A program made the translations under genes and the position numbers. A DNA stretch of 63,702 nt, the filler included, from Octopus bimaculoides (taxonomy: Eukaryota): assembly GCF_001194135.2 (NCBI RefSeq). It is 5 parts of 5 records of this genome, joined end to end, with 100 filler letters (N's around TTAATTAATTAA, not from the genome) between each part and the next. Parts side by side here need not be neighbours in the genome. Positions count along the whole stretch, not along the records: positions 30,742 to 60,972 come from NC_069000.1; 4 more parts are not named here. One strand, given 5' to 3'. The notes under the pieces are model-generated. The model was given only the letters and a program-made list of their open reading frames with translations. It ran no database searches and had not been told where the DNA came from. Of the stretch, positions 36,803-51,382 are shown in pieces; position 1 is the first letter of the stretch; every line of letters begins with the position of its first letter.

Positions 36803-38826
36803 NNNNNNNNNNNNNNNNNNNNNNNNNNNNNNNNNNNNNNNNNNNNNNNNNNNNNNNNNNNNNNNNNNNNNNNNNNNNNNNNNNNNNNNNNNNNNNNNNN
36901 NNNNNNNNNNNNNNNNNNNNNNNNNNNNNNNNNNNNNNNNNNNNNNNNNNNNNNNNNNNNNNNNNNNNNNNNNNNNNNNNNNNNNNNNNNNNNNNNNNNN
37001 NNNNNNNNNNNNNNNNNNNNNNNNNNNNNNNNNNNNNNNNNNNNNNNNNNNNNNNNNNNNNNNNNNNNNNNNNNNNNNNNNNNNNNNNNNNNNNNNNNNN
37101 NNNNNNNNNNNNNNNNNNNNNNNNNNNNNNNNNNNNNNNNNNNNNNNNNNNNNNNNNNNNNNNNNNNNNNNNNNNNNNNNNNNNNNNNNNNNNNNNNNNN
37201 NNNNNNNNNNNNNNNNNNNNNNNNNNNNNNNNNNNNNNNNNNNNNNNNNNNNNNNNNNNNNNNNNNNNNNNNNNNNNNNNNNNNNNNNNNNNNNNNNNNN
37301 NNNNNNNNNNNNNNNNNNNNNNNNNNNNNNNNNNNNNNNNNNNNNNNNNNNNNNNNNNNNNNNNNNNNNNNNNNNNNNNNNNNNNNNNNNNNNNNNNNNN
37401 NNNNNNNNNNNNNNNNNNNNNNNNNNNNNNNNNNNNNNNNNNNNNNNNNNNNNNNNNNNNNNNNNNNNNNNNNNNNNNNNNNNNNNNNNNNNNNNNNNNN
37501 NNNNNNNNNNNNNNNNNNNNNNNNNNNNNNNNNNNNNNNNNNNNNNNNNNNNNNNNNNNNNNNNNNNNNNNNNNNNNNNATATATATATACATACATACA
37601 TACATATGCATACATATATACATATGCATACATATATACATATGCATACATTTATGCATGTATGTATACATATGTGTGTGTGTTTGTGCTTGTGTATATG
37701 TGTGTTAGTTTGTTATGTATATGGGTGTGGGGATGTGTAGGAAAGAGAAATGTATTGGTGATTTTGTTTTAACATGTAATTGTGTCTGTCTGTCTTTCCA
37801 CACGTCAACAACCAGCTGTGAAAATATCACATGATACACATCCTTCCCACCCTTATACTAACGATATATGTATTATAGAGTAACTCCAAGGTTCACTCAG
37901 TGCAGAAATCAGCTGGTTGTTGTTGCTGTTGTTTGTTTGTTTAGTTCACTTTATGCACGCATGTAACGTATGTCTGTGTATATTACGTTTGTGTATGCAT
38001 TTCTGTCTTTATACGTATGTATATAAGTATGTATAATGGTATGTATATATGCTTATGCTTGTATGCATGTGTGAATTATTTCGATGCCCCCACGTTTATA
38101 AAACTACCCTGGTTTTTGATCTGAAATAAGAGATAGCCTCTTGTTAGTCTCCCCACCCGCACTTCTCTAGTCTAAATGGTTTCCTATGCTCATAAACAAC
38201 TGGTAGTCATAATGAGTACGATAGGTGGGTAGATTATGGTGTGCGAACCATTTTCCCCAGTCCAATGCTTTTCCTTCAAGCGTACCCGTTCCACAAATCC
38301 AGCAGTGTTAGGACACCTTTTTCTAAAGAATATATTGTGAAGTGGTCGGTTACCTGAAGCAGACAAAAGGGGATACTGTTTCATCGATACGATGCAATAA
38401 TTTGTATTCTGCTATAAATTATATTGGCAACTTAAGATTTTTAAAGTAAATATTTGACGAATTTTTTTATAAATATTATTTGATAAATCTAAAAGTGCAC
38501 CATTAAAAAGTAGTTGGCTCTGATTACTTCAAAACTATAATGTTTCACATATTTCTTTTGCTTGTTCCTAGGAGTACTCTTCGTCTGTTTTGAGTATCCC
38601 TGCTCGAAGACTTCCTTACTTACTGCAGTGCTATGGTGATACGCATTAAAAGACAGAATGACTCTTTTCTGATTGGTTTAGAAAGGGCGGGTTTTTTTCC
38701 ATTTTTATGCATATTCCAGCAGTTTCAATGCCAGTACAAATTGTTCCAAAAAAAATTTGTATTTGTGTTTCTTGTAAAACGCACTCATCTATTTACCTCA
38801 AAATTGGCATCTACAATTGTCTAGAC

Positions 38827-39858
38827 CAGTGGTCCTCAACTGGTGTCCATATGACCCGTGCGGGTCCATATAGGCTTTGAGGATCTACAGTAACAGTGGT
38901 GGCTCGTAGATAAAATTAGTTAGGGTGCTGCTTCAGAAAAGTTTTAGCCGTTGTTTTAATATTGTGTAAAACAAAACAAACATATAAGAAGAATATTTAT
39001 ACATAAACTTGATCGGTTCGCGTTTTAGCCACTGCTGGGTAGTGTGTTTAATTTGTTCAATGAACACCACCACGAGTTCCGCTTTGTTTTTCAAAAATCC
39101 CCACTAAATCACAAAATAAGGGAGGAGAATCTGCCCGATTTTTCAAATCCTAGCAGCAACACTGAAGCTGGAAGCAGGATAATAATTTAATTCTACACTT
39201 CATCACATTCAAGAATATAAACACGTTTTTAAGCACAACATACGTGAAGTCAAAAAGAAACACTAACTTTCACCAGCACACCAGGGTCAGCACTGCGTGA
39301 ACAACAGTGCTCTCTCTCCCTAGCATACAACTTTCTATCTTGGACATGTGAGCACACACACACAACAGCCCAAACACTGCATCGCTGGAACTGTGAAGTG
39401 TACAGTTCTATACAAGGGTTTTTGTATTGTTTTCATAAAGTAGGGGATGGCTACTGATATTAAGATTAAGGATTATATAATGCATAAGTATAAAAAAGGA
39501 ATTAAAGAAAAGAGGACTCATTATATTGAATGTTACCGATAATATCAAGTGGAAAATAGGGAGTGCTGCAGTTCCGCAGTGCCTATACACGAGCCGCCAC
39601 TGTACTGTAGTATATTTAGGGTCTATGAAAAAATGTTGCTTTAGATGCATTTATTACAAAAACAACTCAGCTTCTTTCTCTAATGTTTTAGATAGTTCAA
39701 CCTACTCAATTTAAAGCGTGAAAAGCAAAATAGGAATTTTGAAAGAAGTTTCTAGAAAACTAGTTTTACAACATCGTATGGCTATGGGGTCCACCAGAGT
39801 AAAATAGTAGTCAAAGGAGTCCATCGGTAAAAAAAAAAATGGTTGAGAATCAGTACTG
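38827..39858. mobile_element. Non-autonomous hAT element, about 1 kb
   Basis: gtctagac|CAGTGGTCCTCAAC at the left end; a degenerate GGTTGAGAATCAGTACTG|tagac at the right end. Confidence 0.55.
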
Positions 39859-40723
39859 TAGACTTATCTTTCGTCGAACCTGTATTGGTAGAGCAGCCTT
39901 GAACGTATGCATCTGTGAGAGAAACAGCAAAGTTTCTAATGATGTTTTGATTTGTTAATGTTTGTTTTCTACTGCTAATAAGAAGTTAGTACGTTCGTTT
40001 GATTTATAGTCGAATAAATCTCATGTATGTCCACATGTTACCATTTGACAATCCCATGTAGTATGCAGTACTGCCATGGTAAGCGCTAACTCTGTATCCA
40101 TAATTAGTTTTCACTGATTTTCCTGTCACGCTTTTGCGCCTGATTTTTCTTATAGTTGGATGCTCTTCCTATTGTCAATTATTTTACAGCATGGAGTGTG
40201 TGTATTCATTTTATCGCTCCACTTGCATCAGAAATACCCCCTGATAAGACTCTTGTGTGCCCTCTGCTCTGAATCAGTTTATATCCAGAGTTGCTACTCT
40301 CCTAAGCAAGTTACCTTTACTGAGGTTTTCGGAAGCCACGACTCTTCTGTTCAGAATTTTATTCAGAATAACTGCTCTCCTAAAGGAGATATCGAGGAAT
40401 CCAGCATTCAAGCCGAGCTAGCTTTAGAACTGTTGTGAGGGTCGTATTTTTCATGCTGTGAAGATTTCTTTCTAAGGGAGATCACAGCTTGGTAGTAAAA
40501 TGGGTGAAAATATTGCAGGCTGATGCTTTTGTTTAGAATCTTTGTATTTAATCCTAAACTATTCGTGTGTTAGGCATTACTGTGGTGTCACATTTTCCTT
40601 GGTATAGGTAACAAAGGGTATGTATTTAAGTACGAGTAATATTCATCTTCATCATCATCATCATCATCATCATCACAATCATCATGTTCCTCAATTTTGT
40701 TTTTTTATTGTTGTTGTTGTCGT

Positions 40724-40950
40724 TAAGGCGGCGAGCTGGTAGAATCGTTAGCACGCCGGGCAAAGTGCTTAGCGGCATTTCGTCCATCTTTACGTTCTCA
40801 GTTCAAATTCCACCGAGGTCGACTTTGCCTTTCATCCTTTCGGGGTGATAAAATAAGTACCAGATAAAATAAGCAGCAGAAATTGAGGACGTAATCAAAT
40901 TTCCTATCCCCTCAAAATTGCTGCCTTTGTGCCAAAATTTGAATCAATTA
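40724..40950 (+). mobile_element. SINE-like family C
   Basis: AAGGCGGCGAGCTGG(T/C)AGAATCGTTAGCACGCCGGGC...GTTCAAATTCC...GGTCGACTTTGCCTTTCATCCTTTCGGGG with an (ATT)n tail. Also at about 19233-19428, 24283-24435, 24446-24662 and 8345-8495(-). Confidence 0.85.
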
Positions 40951-40969
40951 TCATTATTATTATTTCCTA

Positions 40970-41013
<44 letters not shown>

Positions 41014-41990
41014 TTCGTGACTCAGCAAAACAGAGCGGTTCTACTGGTATGGGGATATTTATATCGTATATAGTAACTTTATTTGAGATATTTGAGTCGA
41101 CTTTACAGGAAATCCGTTCCATTGACATTATCAACAAGGATGAGGCTCTTACAACTGGATACGTCGATATAACGTAATAATAATAATGATANNNNNNNNN
41201 NNNNNNNNNNNNNNNNNNNNNNNNNNNNNNNNNNNNNNNNNNNNNNNNNNNNNNNNNNNNNNNNNNNNNNNNNNNNNNNNNNNNNNNNNNNATCCCAGCC
41301 CACCTCACATCAGTTTAGGAAATTTAGGACCCACCCATCCATCCCCATCGAAAGCAAACCAAAAAAACAAAATTTAGAAATAAAAGGGATTTTTTTTTTC
41401 TCGATCAAGATTGAATAGTGTACAGATGTGACCTGCCTGTCTGTCTGTCTGTCTTGATGTGAGAAGCAAAAACACATTTCCATCAAACTGAAGGTCAGTT
41501 AGTTCAAGGGTAAGATGACAGGGGGGGCAGGGTAGGGGTACAGGGACAGAGGATAAGGTTGATGATATAGTCATGTAAAAAAAAAAAAGGTCAGAAGCTA
41601 GTTCCAAAAGGAATAAAAATAAATAAGAAAACAGCCGTATAAAAAAAGGTAAATATCGTTTTGCAATTTGGTTTATACAAACAACTTAGAGGGGAGAGAG
41701 AGAGAGTCACGTAAACATCGTTTCAAATTTTTAAAACTACACCAAATGGGGTGTGTGCGTGGTTTTTTTTATTTTGTTTTAGTTTGTTTTATTTATTTAT
41801 TTATATATATATATTTTTTTTTTGTTAGATTAAGAGTCCAGCTTCACATTTGTTTTTCTTTTTAGTCAACCCGTTTAGGTTGGGCGGCTGTGTGGGTGGA
41901 TGTAGGGTGGCTGACTGAGTCGTTCGTTAGTTGATTGGCGACTTGATTGACACCACTCGCCTGCAATATCTTCATATTCTGGAATATAAC

Positions 41991-41998
41991 AACTACTA

Positions 41999-42042
<44 letters not shown>

Positions 42043-42074
42043 ACTACTACTACTACTACTACTACTACCACTAT

Positions 42075-42123
<49 letters not shown>
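41991..42123 (+). repeat. (CTA)n(CTG)n(CTA)n array
   Basis: Directly visible. Confidence 0.9.
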
Positions 42124-42599
42124 GTTGTGAAAATCATTTAGTGCATGGCGTATAGATCGAATCATAGAATTTGTAAATGATTCTAGAAATGAACCAACCC
42201 AAACAATGGTCTAAATTAATTATTCTCAGATCAAATAAAAACCATGCTCCATTGTAGCACATTCTTCTGGGGTTGTATGCAGTGATGTTAAAGAAAGACG
42301 TTTTGCCGAATTTTGTCGTATGAATATAGTCGTTTGAGTATTGTCTGAGCAAATGAATAGGTGTCACACTGTTACTCTTATTTTTACGTTGAATAAACCC
42401 TTCAGTATTTAAGCCACTACTACAGCAAAAAAAAGGGAGTACAACATGGTCGCTTGACCAATTAGTAATAGCAGCTGAATCTTCATCGCTTCAACACCTT
42501 CAGTCTTTTAGAATGTAAACATACTGGAAAAGGTGATTATTGACATGCTATGTCAAAAATTATGATAAGGTAAAAAATAAAATTCGAGATATCCTAAGT

Positions 42600-43900
42600 C
42601 AAACGATCATTTCAGTTTGGTGAGGAGAGACTCGGAGTTGAACAGTACAGGCTTAATCTATCGTCCTCTGGAGCATCGATTAAAGCAATGCTGCTTCTCT
42701 TGTTTGCTTTTAGGCTCCTTCTGTCCAATTTCTTACATTCATAGTTTATTGTCACACCGAACGTTTGAGTGCACGATAAAGGATTCCTGTCCAACAAACA
42801 TTCTAACAACTTTAGGCGCGTTCCATGGTTCGGTTACATTTCCAACATTCTTCCTTGTGTACACTGCTGAGCTGTTCCTTGTGAGTAATAACCGTGCACA
42901 CAGCTATACAGATGGCACTATCTTTCATTGTTCACACAGTCATCTTCCACATACAAAATAGATTCATAACACTAGGTAGTTACTACTTTCATCAATTGTC
43001 TTTAAAAGCATTCTCAAATTTGGACATGTCGGTCAAATATCTTTAACTAGCACAAGAATACGATTATTACACATTATTACAACGTCCGCTCTATGTACGA
43101 ATAAAGTTCTCAAGGCTACTGCAAATGCTAGGTTTCACAAGTTTTAATGGTATTTGTTGGCAATGGCGATTACCGAAGTATTGCTCAAATATCTAGAACG
43201 TTTGCCCTTCTGTACATATGAAACTCCTCATTAACTCGAAAACAAAGTCCTGGATTAGCTCGATGTCAGCCTTCGCCCAGTAAACCTATACCAAAAGATA
43301 TCCCACTTGTGATTATTTCGTTTTCCTTTTTTCAGTCATTTTGTATGTTAGACTACATTTTCGCGTGTCTTACTCCTCAAGACAGTAGGTATGTTATGAG
43401 TGCGGTCCATCTCCTATTTCTAGTACTCCAGTTGACTATGCTCATTGGGAATTACCTTATCTAACAGTTATAGGCTTGTATCCGTCACAGATATGTGTAA
43501 CTCACTTGGAGTTTTGTTTCTTCGTCTCTTCCTAACCTTCTATAATCTAGGAATACAGTACACGTAAGCCTTAACCAAATTAATAAACAAGACACCACTT
43601 CACACATCGCTCAAATGTACGTGTTTTTCTTCCTATGTCACTCTTGAACGAAAACTTCTGGCAGTATCGTACAATCTCTGGTCGTATCGCCCAGCCAAGT
43701 GATTCATGTCCTTCACCTATATATATGTACTGCTGGCGTTATTGAAAGAAAAATTAATACTCTCATCTTCGTCTTTTACAAAACTCTGTGCATGTGTGTC
43801 TGTTGGTTCTTTTGGAATTTTTCAAATTGACATTGTTGTTGTCTCTCAGCAAGTCATTTGTTTTCTTTCGTGTTGAACACGCGCGTCTTCCTCTGTAATT
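42600..43900 (-). mobile_element. Highly degenerate non-LTR RT-domain remnant (R4-like)
   Basis: Residual motifs A*..D.PHS* (compare AWIDYKKAYDSVPHSW) and FGVTINY..KKLDRR...DRLSLY; many stops. Confidence 0.5.
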
Positions 43901-44074
43901 GTAATACACAACAAAAGCAGTATTAGATAAAAATGCTTTGTTTTAATCTAACATTGATTTTCTTCTAGGCAGCGACTTTTATTCAGGAAAGCGGTTAATT
44001 GCAGCACCGGTGATTTTATCAGATTCAAATACTTTTTTGCTTTTTGTTATATATATTTTTTCTATCTATTTCAG

Positions 44075-44609
44075 CTGTGAAGTGCGACCAGGTCCAGAAT
44101 TTCTCATTCGAAAGTACAGTTTCGATAAACGGAATTTTACAGTAGAACAGTTTTATTATAAGGATTCCCAATGTTCCACACCGCTCTATGCTATTGTGGC
44201 TAAAGGCCGCATAAAAGCACAGCGATGGTCTTTACTTACACAAGGAGGGGTAGAAAGCAGATATCATCTTCACAGTGTCAGCGTCCTTCCTTATAGTCCG
44301 AGTGCAGCTTGGTCATTGAAACATAGGTCATTCAGAGCATGTCCTCACCTGTCAAAATCTCACTGGAAACCATTCTACCAGTATAATTTAATGAAATTAC
44401 TGGAACATTCTATTTTAGACTGTACGGACAAGTTCAGTTGGACTCTGAACGAATTTCAATTGCTGAAACTCGAAAAGCGGATTGTTTACAAAGGTTTCAA
44501 GCTCTTCACTGACGAGGAACTTTTTACAGGGGACATCCATCTGGACAACACGGTCAGGAAACATTTCTACCGACCTACTGACTACCAAACAGCTTTGAAA
44601 AAACCTTCA
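44075..44609 (+). CDS. APCDD1: Internal exon of an APCDD1 family gene (first Apcdd1 domain)
   Basis: Acceptor tctatctatttcAG and donor TCA|GTAAGT; 535 nt, phase 2-0, open: CEVRPGPEFLIRKYSF...EQFYYKDSQCSTPLY...GGVESRYHLH...EELFTGDIH...FYRPTDYQTALK. Recognised as collinear with vertebrate APCDD1 (CEVRSGPEFITRSYRF...EELFLGDIHTD...YRPSSYQPPL). Confidence 0.95.
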
Positions 44610-45859
44610 GTAAGTAGTAACTTTTTTATAGTTTTTTAAAGCCATATCAAATCGTGGTACTGTTCACAAAGAAATACGAAATTTAAGGGAAAAGATTAAC
44701 CAAGGAGAAAATGATTAAGGAATTAAAGATTTAGTAACCTAGTAAACGGAAGAAGAGGTAAAAAAAAAGTTAAATTTCTCCGTTATGTGTCATGTCTACC
44801 GGCGTCGCTTTGATCATGGACGTCCACAAATAACTTTACAAATTATTAGGTCAGACTTTCTGCAGCCAATTGGAATGGTCGTTGTGTATCTTCTCTTGCT
44901 GTGTTTTCTTCGTTTTCTTTCTTTCAGGTTCTCAATTATCACCAAGTCTTCAAAACTTTCTCTTCTTATACAATGCCCAACGTATTTAATTTGTTGCTGT
45001 CATTAAAGTCAGGCAGTTTCTTCTCGTCAAACGATTTCAACTTTTGATGCTCTATTTGCATATGTTCAGCATTTGAATTAAAGAACTCCAGATCCGCATA
45101 GCAAAGAACGAAAAATTTAGAAACTGAAGAGGGAAACCAAAACTGATATAGAAACATATATATAAAGAAAAAACAATAATTTAGAGCAACTGAGGTGGAG
45201 CAGAAGCCATTATATTAGTATTTAAAAAAAAACATTACAGTAACGTTAAAATACATTACAGCATTACTGCACGTTGATAGGTGATAAGTTGTGTTTTTTG
45301 TGAATCTTTGCCTACAAAGCAAATGGCCGTCTTCTGGGAAGCACTCAAGTATGCTTGTGTGTGTTACAGCAGCTGTCTCGAAATATAAACAATTGTCAGA
45401 TGAAGTCTAGTATAACTTTTTTGTGTTGCAGTAGCATCGCTCGAGATATATGAATGGGAATTTAATATTGGTCCAACATGTTGGTCGGTTTAGAAACATC
45501 ATTGCTGTAGATGACAAAACTCCAAAATTTGTGGCAGAAATGCGGGGACTTGTCCAAGGAGAAATATATTTTGGCTCTAGAGAGGGAGTCTGACTTTTCT
45601 TGCATCAGTTATTCCCTTGCTCATAGTTTTAACCTCTACTGAGTACTGTTGATTCTACCAAGGAATGTTCGAGTTCTCTTAGCTTATAATGAAACGTTCT
45701 TTGTCCTTTCGAATTTTTTTTTGAAGTCTGATTTGACCTTTCTCTCACATGTCTCTGCCATCTGCTTGATTAGGTATTTCCCGCTAGTATTTTCAGTTCA
45801 CCAGCCACTAAGCTGTTGTTCAATGCCAGCCTAGTAGGATATACAAAATCTAGCTCCAA

Positions 45860-46660
45860 AGCCTTGACAATCCACCATTACTAATTTAGCATTCTAGTAA
45901 ATGGAAAATTACTAAAAGCATTGCACACAGCCCTTCCAGTCCCCGACACGATTTTCTGAGTCCTTCATATTTTACGCCCTTCTTTGTTCCCATGTTGTCA
46001 TCCAACTGTCAATTCAACCCGCTGGGCTCGAACCATATCATAAGATTCGAGCGTAAACTTACCAACACCAGCACTTTCTTCTAATCCACCTGTACAGTCA
46101 TTAACACCATTCAGAATACTTTGTTTACAAATCTTGGTTGATATTTCTCACACATCTTAGGTAAAAGTACAAGGTGAAACTTGGAAATAAACGCTCCTAC
46201 TTTATTCTTTTAATGTAATAGAAAGTTTACACCGACAGGTATTCTCCGCAATAGATATCTTGCATGCTGACAGAATATCCCTCAATATTGTATAACTCCA
46301 GCACAGATGACAATCATAAGTGTCATCATCTAATACGAGTCGGTTATGGATTCCCATTGTAAACTACTCTCAGAAGGAAAGGCAAATATGGCTACTCTGT
46401 TTTCCACTACCTGCTGCCAAATAGGTTCCTTTACTAAGATTTCTCCTATGCTGCTCACGTACATTAGCCTCATAACGCCGTTGCCTCAGTCGCATGTACC
46501 TCCTCTTCCAAATAACTAATCCTTCGATCGGCATATCTCTGCTGCCATTGCTATTTTTGCAGGACATCCACTTGTTCCTCATCTGTTAAAGTAGAGTCTT
46601 TGTGTTCTGCAACTATCACGTCTTTCATTTCTAGAATGATCTCTGTTACCTCAGCGGTAA
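45860..46660 (-). mobile_element. Degenerate R4-like LINE C-terminal remnant
   Basis: CHLC......DILSACKI (degenerate CCHC knuckle) in a stop-ridden frame. Confidence 0.45.
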
Positions 46661-46949
46661 TGTTTGGTACTTATTCTATCAATCTCTTTTACCGAACAAC
46701 AAAGTAACGGAGACATAAACAATCAAACATCGGTTAAGTGTTGTGGGAACCAAAAACACACACACAAGCACACACGTACACATGCACGCATACATACACA
46801 CACACATGCACATACACATCCATATATATATATATATATATATATANNNNNNNNNNNNNNNNNNNNNNNNNNNNNNNNNNNNNNNNNNNNNNNNNNNNNN
46901 NNNNNNNNNNNNNNNNNNNNNNNNNNNNNNNNNNNNNNNNNNNNATATA

Positions 46950-47790
46950 CAGGGTGCGGTGAATAGACTGTCGTCTAAATTACTCAAAACTGAAAATAAC
47001 ACTGACATCTTATTTTAACAGATATATTTACCAAAATTACATAAAGATATTTTTGAAATACTAAAGAGTAAATTAATTCAATAAAATTGCCATTGGCTTC
47101 AACCACGGTCTCCAGACGGCATCATAATCCCCTGCAACTCTTCTGTTTAAGTTGCTGAATGCTGCCATAATCCTTGCCTTCAGTTCATCTTAAGTGTCAC
47201 AAGGAGTTTTATTGGTCTCTCGCTCAACTGCTCCCCACACATAATACTCAAGGGGATTGCAGTCTGAGGAGTTAGGTGGCCAAATGTTAAGGGTGATGTG
47301 GTCGCAGAAATTGTCTGACAGTCATGCTTGTGCGGCATGGCGCAGAGTCCTGTTGCTAGACATAGGATCTTCCAGCAGCCACCCTCTTCACCCAGGGCCG
47401 CACTACCTCCTCCAAGCCCTTGATGTAGGCCTCCGTGTTGAGTCTGAGGCCGTGTGGGAAGGTGAATCGAGGCATAACGTCCCCATCACTAGTGATCATT
47501 CCAAACACCATGATGTTGACTGGATGCTTTATTTTTATCACTCTCAGTACATGTCCTCAGATTGCAATCCTCAGGTTGACACCCAAACACTCTGATATGT
47601 TCGTATTGGAGCTTCCGGCACGAATGCCAAGCAACACAGGATGTCGTTTCCAAATTTCTGACTGAGTGAATTGCGTCATGGTGCTGTTTTTTCTCGTGGA
47701 TGGTGCCCAACTGAGCTTACTATACGGTGTGGTCGATAAAATCAAAAACTAAACACTGCGCATGTGCGAAATTAATGTCAATATAACCTG
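46950..47790 (-). mobile_element. Tc1/mariner maT-like transposase pseudogene
   Basis: TA|CAGGGTGCG end; IMVFGMITSDGDVMP...LNTEAYIKGLEEVVRPW...*QQDSAPC...NFCDHITLNIWPPNSSDCNPLEYYVWGAVERET. Spacing reconstructed across copies suggests DD37D (inference). Confidence 0.82.
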
Positions 47791-48408
47791 AATATGAAGC
47801 AATTCAACAGCCGTTTCTGGAGTCTATTAGTCAGCAGGTATGAATCCTTTAGTTTCATACTGACAATGTCCTCTTCATCAGGAATAAGCAAATAGATAAT
47901 TAATTAAGTTTGAAGGCATGTAAGAGAAAAGAAAAGAAAGGAAGGAAATTTTTGGTTACATTACGTTAGTCGTCGACTAACGTTATAACCCTCTATAAAC
48001 ATACTTTGGAACTCTTCTAAACTTTTAAATCCATAATTAGGATTCCTCACTACTGCCAATGTATCTCACAACTTTCAATCCTCATTTCAACGTTTTTAAC
48101 CTTAAATTTTAATTCAATATGATTTTTAATTCAATATGATTTTTAATCGATATATCAAACTTTATTTATTTACCCTTTTCACGTACATTTTTACCTCATA
48201 TAACTGTTATTTCTTTCTAAATAATATATAGATATGTTCTTTGTCTTGATGTAATTTTATGTTATATCTATATATATATGTGTATTTATGCATTTATTAT
48301 GTTGATGTAAATCAAATATAAAATGATTATCTAAATTTTTTGTCTCTCCTTANNNNNNNNNNNNNNNNNNNNNNNNNNNNNNNNNNNNNNNNNNNNNNNN
48401 NNNNNNNN

Positions 48409-48446
<38 letters not shown>

Positions 48447-49199
48447 TATATGCACATGACGGGCTTCCACAGTTTTCGTCGACTAAATTCTCTCACAGTG
48501 CATTAATTGACCTGGGACTATAGAGAAAACACTTGTTTAAGGTGTCTTATAATGGGGATGAACCCGAAACCATGTGGTTGCAAAGCGAGAATAAGTTTGG
48601 TTCTACTACATCGATTAACTCGTTTCATCAGTAGATGTTTCTTGTCATTTATCACTGAAGAAAATAGCATTGATATATAAAGTTGTTATATACTAGGAGG
48701 CTCCGCAATGATGAAGTAGAAAATGTTTTAGAATTAATTAGCGAACCGGGCTGAATTACCTCAAGTGGGGTAAAAATGATATTCTTGGGGGTAAAGAAAA
48801 CTCATTAGACATAAGTAAAGTTATATAAAAAGCGTGTTCCTTGTTTCGAAAGAAATTTTTCTTCTGGCAACACTGCATTTGTCCACTGTCATGGAATGTG
48901 TAAGTAAATTCATATGAATAGATTCAATAAAATGGATTAAATAAAGCCTTTGAATTCAAAGAGTCTATACTTTTCTTCCTTTCAAATCAAGTAGGGTAAT
49001 GTCGGCGTAAATAAATATATTTTGAGGTAATTGGTTAAAAATGTTCAATTTTTTTGTTAAACAGGAATTCATTTTTTATCAAAACACGTCAGTTTTGTCT
49101 TTACATGCAATACTGAAATAAGAAACTAAAACAAATCAAATAGTAGTTTTATTGTTTAACAAATATTTTACACAAAATGTTTAATTACACATCTTAGGA

Positions 49200-49830
49200 C
49201 AGAAATTTTTATCAAACTGAAGTTTCAACTACAAAAGAAGCGAATTTTCTCTTTGACGCTTTACGTAAATAACTTGCATTACGACCAGCAGTAGTCAGCC
49301 ATCATGTTTGTGTTTCACTAGCCGTCATACCTAGTGTCCATGGTCTCGATATCTTGTTGGAATCTTACTCCTTGCTCATCACTAATTGCACTATGATTTT
49401 CAGGGAAGCAGTCTGGATGACTGTGTAGGAAATGCACTTTTACACACATGTTGCAGCCCAGTACTCGAAATCTGAATAATAGGGTTCTTCGTTGTTTGAT
49501 GCACAAGTTCTTCACAATTTGATAACTTCCTGTTTTTCAGGAAATCATGAAATTTGTTTTCTCTTTTGTTGTTTCATTTATTTTAAATGATATTGAAAAG
49601 CTATGTTATATGAAGCTTCATACATGGATCTGCATTTGATTTAACCAAATCTAATTTTAGAATGATGACAATCCAGGAAATGTCGAAAAATAGACGTTTG
49701 ACTTTAAGAAAAATCTTGACGTAATAGAGCAAAATGAATTTCATTTTTTTAAATCAGCACCCCAAAATTACTAGGAAACATGTCTCTAACACCAGACAAC
49801 AAAAAACCACGTTCCTCAATGCAATTTGCC
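49200..49830 (-). mobile_element. DNA transposase C-terminal remnant, Chapaev3 (CMC)-like
   Basis: LGCNMCVKVHFLHSHPDCFPENHSAISDEQGVRFQQDIETMDTRYDG*...MMADYCWS. The family assignment is from motif recall, not a search. Confidence 0.6.
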
Positions 49831-50445
49831 AAATAGATGCTATCAATAATAAGGGGAAATATAATTTTGCTTAAATACATTAAGACCAAAAGAAGCATTT
49901 ATTTCTTCTCCATCTTGAAATGCGATAGGACTTTCTTAACAGCTTAATGTGTGTGTGTGCGCGCGTGCGTATGTGCGTGTTCGTATAGCTAACTAGCTAG
50001 ATAGATAGATAGGTAGATAGATTGATAGAGAGATAGACATACAGACAGAGAAGGGGAAGGGTGGATGGAGTGTAGGTATCGAGGAAGGGATGCATGGATA
50101 TCGAGTGAAACAATTGAGCGAAATTTTAAAATTCTTGTCCTAGAATACAAATCTGTTTCGGTGAGAACAAGATATGCCTTATGATATTTTGTATAGATCT
50201 AACAGCTGGTTTTCTATCGCTCCACATCCCTCTACCAGATAATTTCCCAGAGTTTCGGAACTAATGGCAGTAAACTAAAAACACGGGAAGACTTTAGTGC
50301 CGAGAAAATACGACGACGTTCTGTGATGTCTTAATAAAATTGACATATGTATGTCTTTGCCTGTTTGAGTCTGTACACACACATACACACACTCACACAC
50401 ACACACATATCTATACATGTATGTATATATATGTATATGACTGCA

Positions 50446-50544
<99 letters not shown>

Positions 50545-50569
50545 ATATATATATGTGTATATATATATA

Positions 50570-50604
<35 letters not shown>

Positions 50605-51083
50605 NNNNNNNNNNNNNNNNNNNNNNNNNNNNNNNNNNNNNNNNNNNNNNNNNNNNNNNNNNNNNNNNNNNNNNNNNNNNNNNNNNNNNNNNNNNNNNNN
50701 NNNNNNNNNNNNNNNNNNNNNNNNNNNNNNNNNNNNNNNNNNNNNNNNNNNNNNNNNNNNNNNNNNNNNNNNNNNNNNNNNNNNNNNNNNNNNNNNNNNN
50801 NNNNNNNNNNNNNNNNNNNNNNNNNNNNNNNNNNNNNNNNNNNNNNNNNNNNNNNNNNNNNNNNNNNNNNNNNNNNNNNNNNNNNNNNNNNNNNNNNNNN
50901 NNNNNNNNNNNNNNNNTATATATATAACGTGAGAGAGTTAGGGGTTAGCTGTATATATCTATATGATAGCATGCATGTACGTCTGTATGTGGATGGTGTG
51001 CGCCTGTGCGTGTGTGTACACATACATGTATATGTGTTTTGTGTGTGTGAGTGTGTGTGTGAGTGAGTGTGTGTGCGTGCGTG

Positions 51084-51135
<52 letters not shown>

Positions 51136-51344
51136 TCTAACACGATCTGAAGATGTAATACAATAATCTTGTCCTTAAATAGAAGAATTTTGCGTACCCA
51201 CTGACATATCAAAATAAATGTTCCTAGAGTTATTTGAACTAAGGTTCAATGGTTTCGAATGAATGGAAAAGGGATATAATATAATGGTCTTGTACTTGCA
51301 AAACGTTACATACTGACGGACAGGCACACCTACACGCACACCTA

Positions 51345-51382
<38 letters not shown>

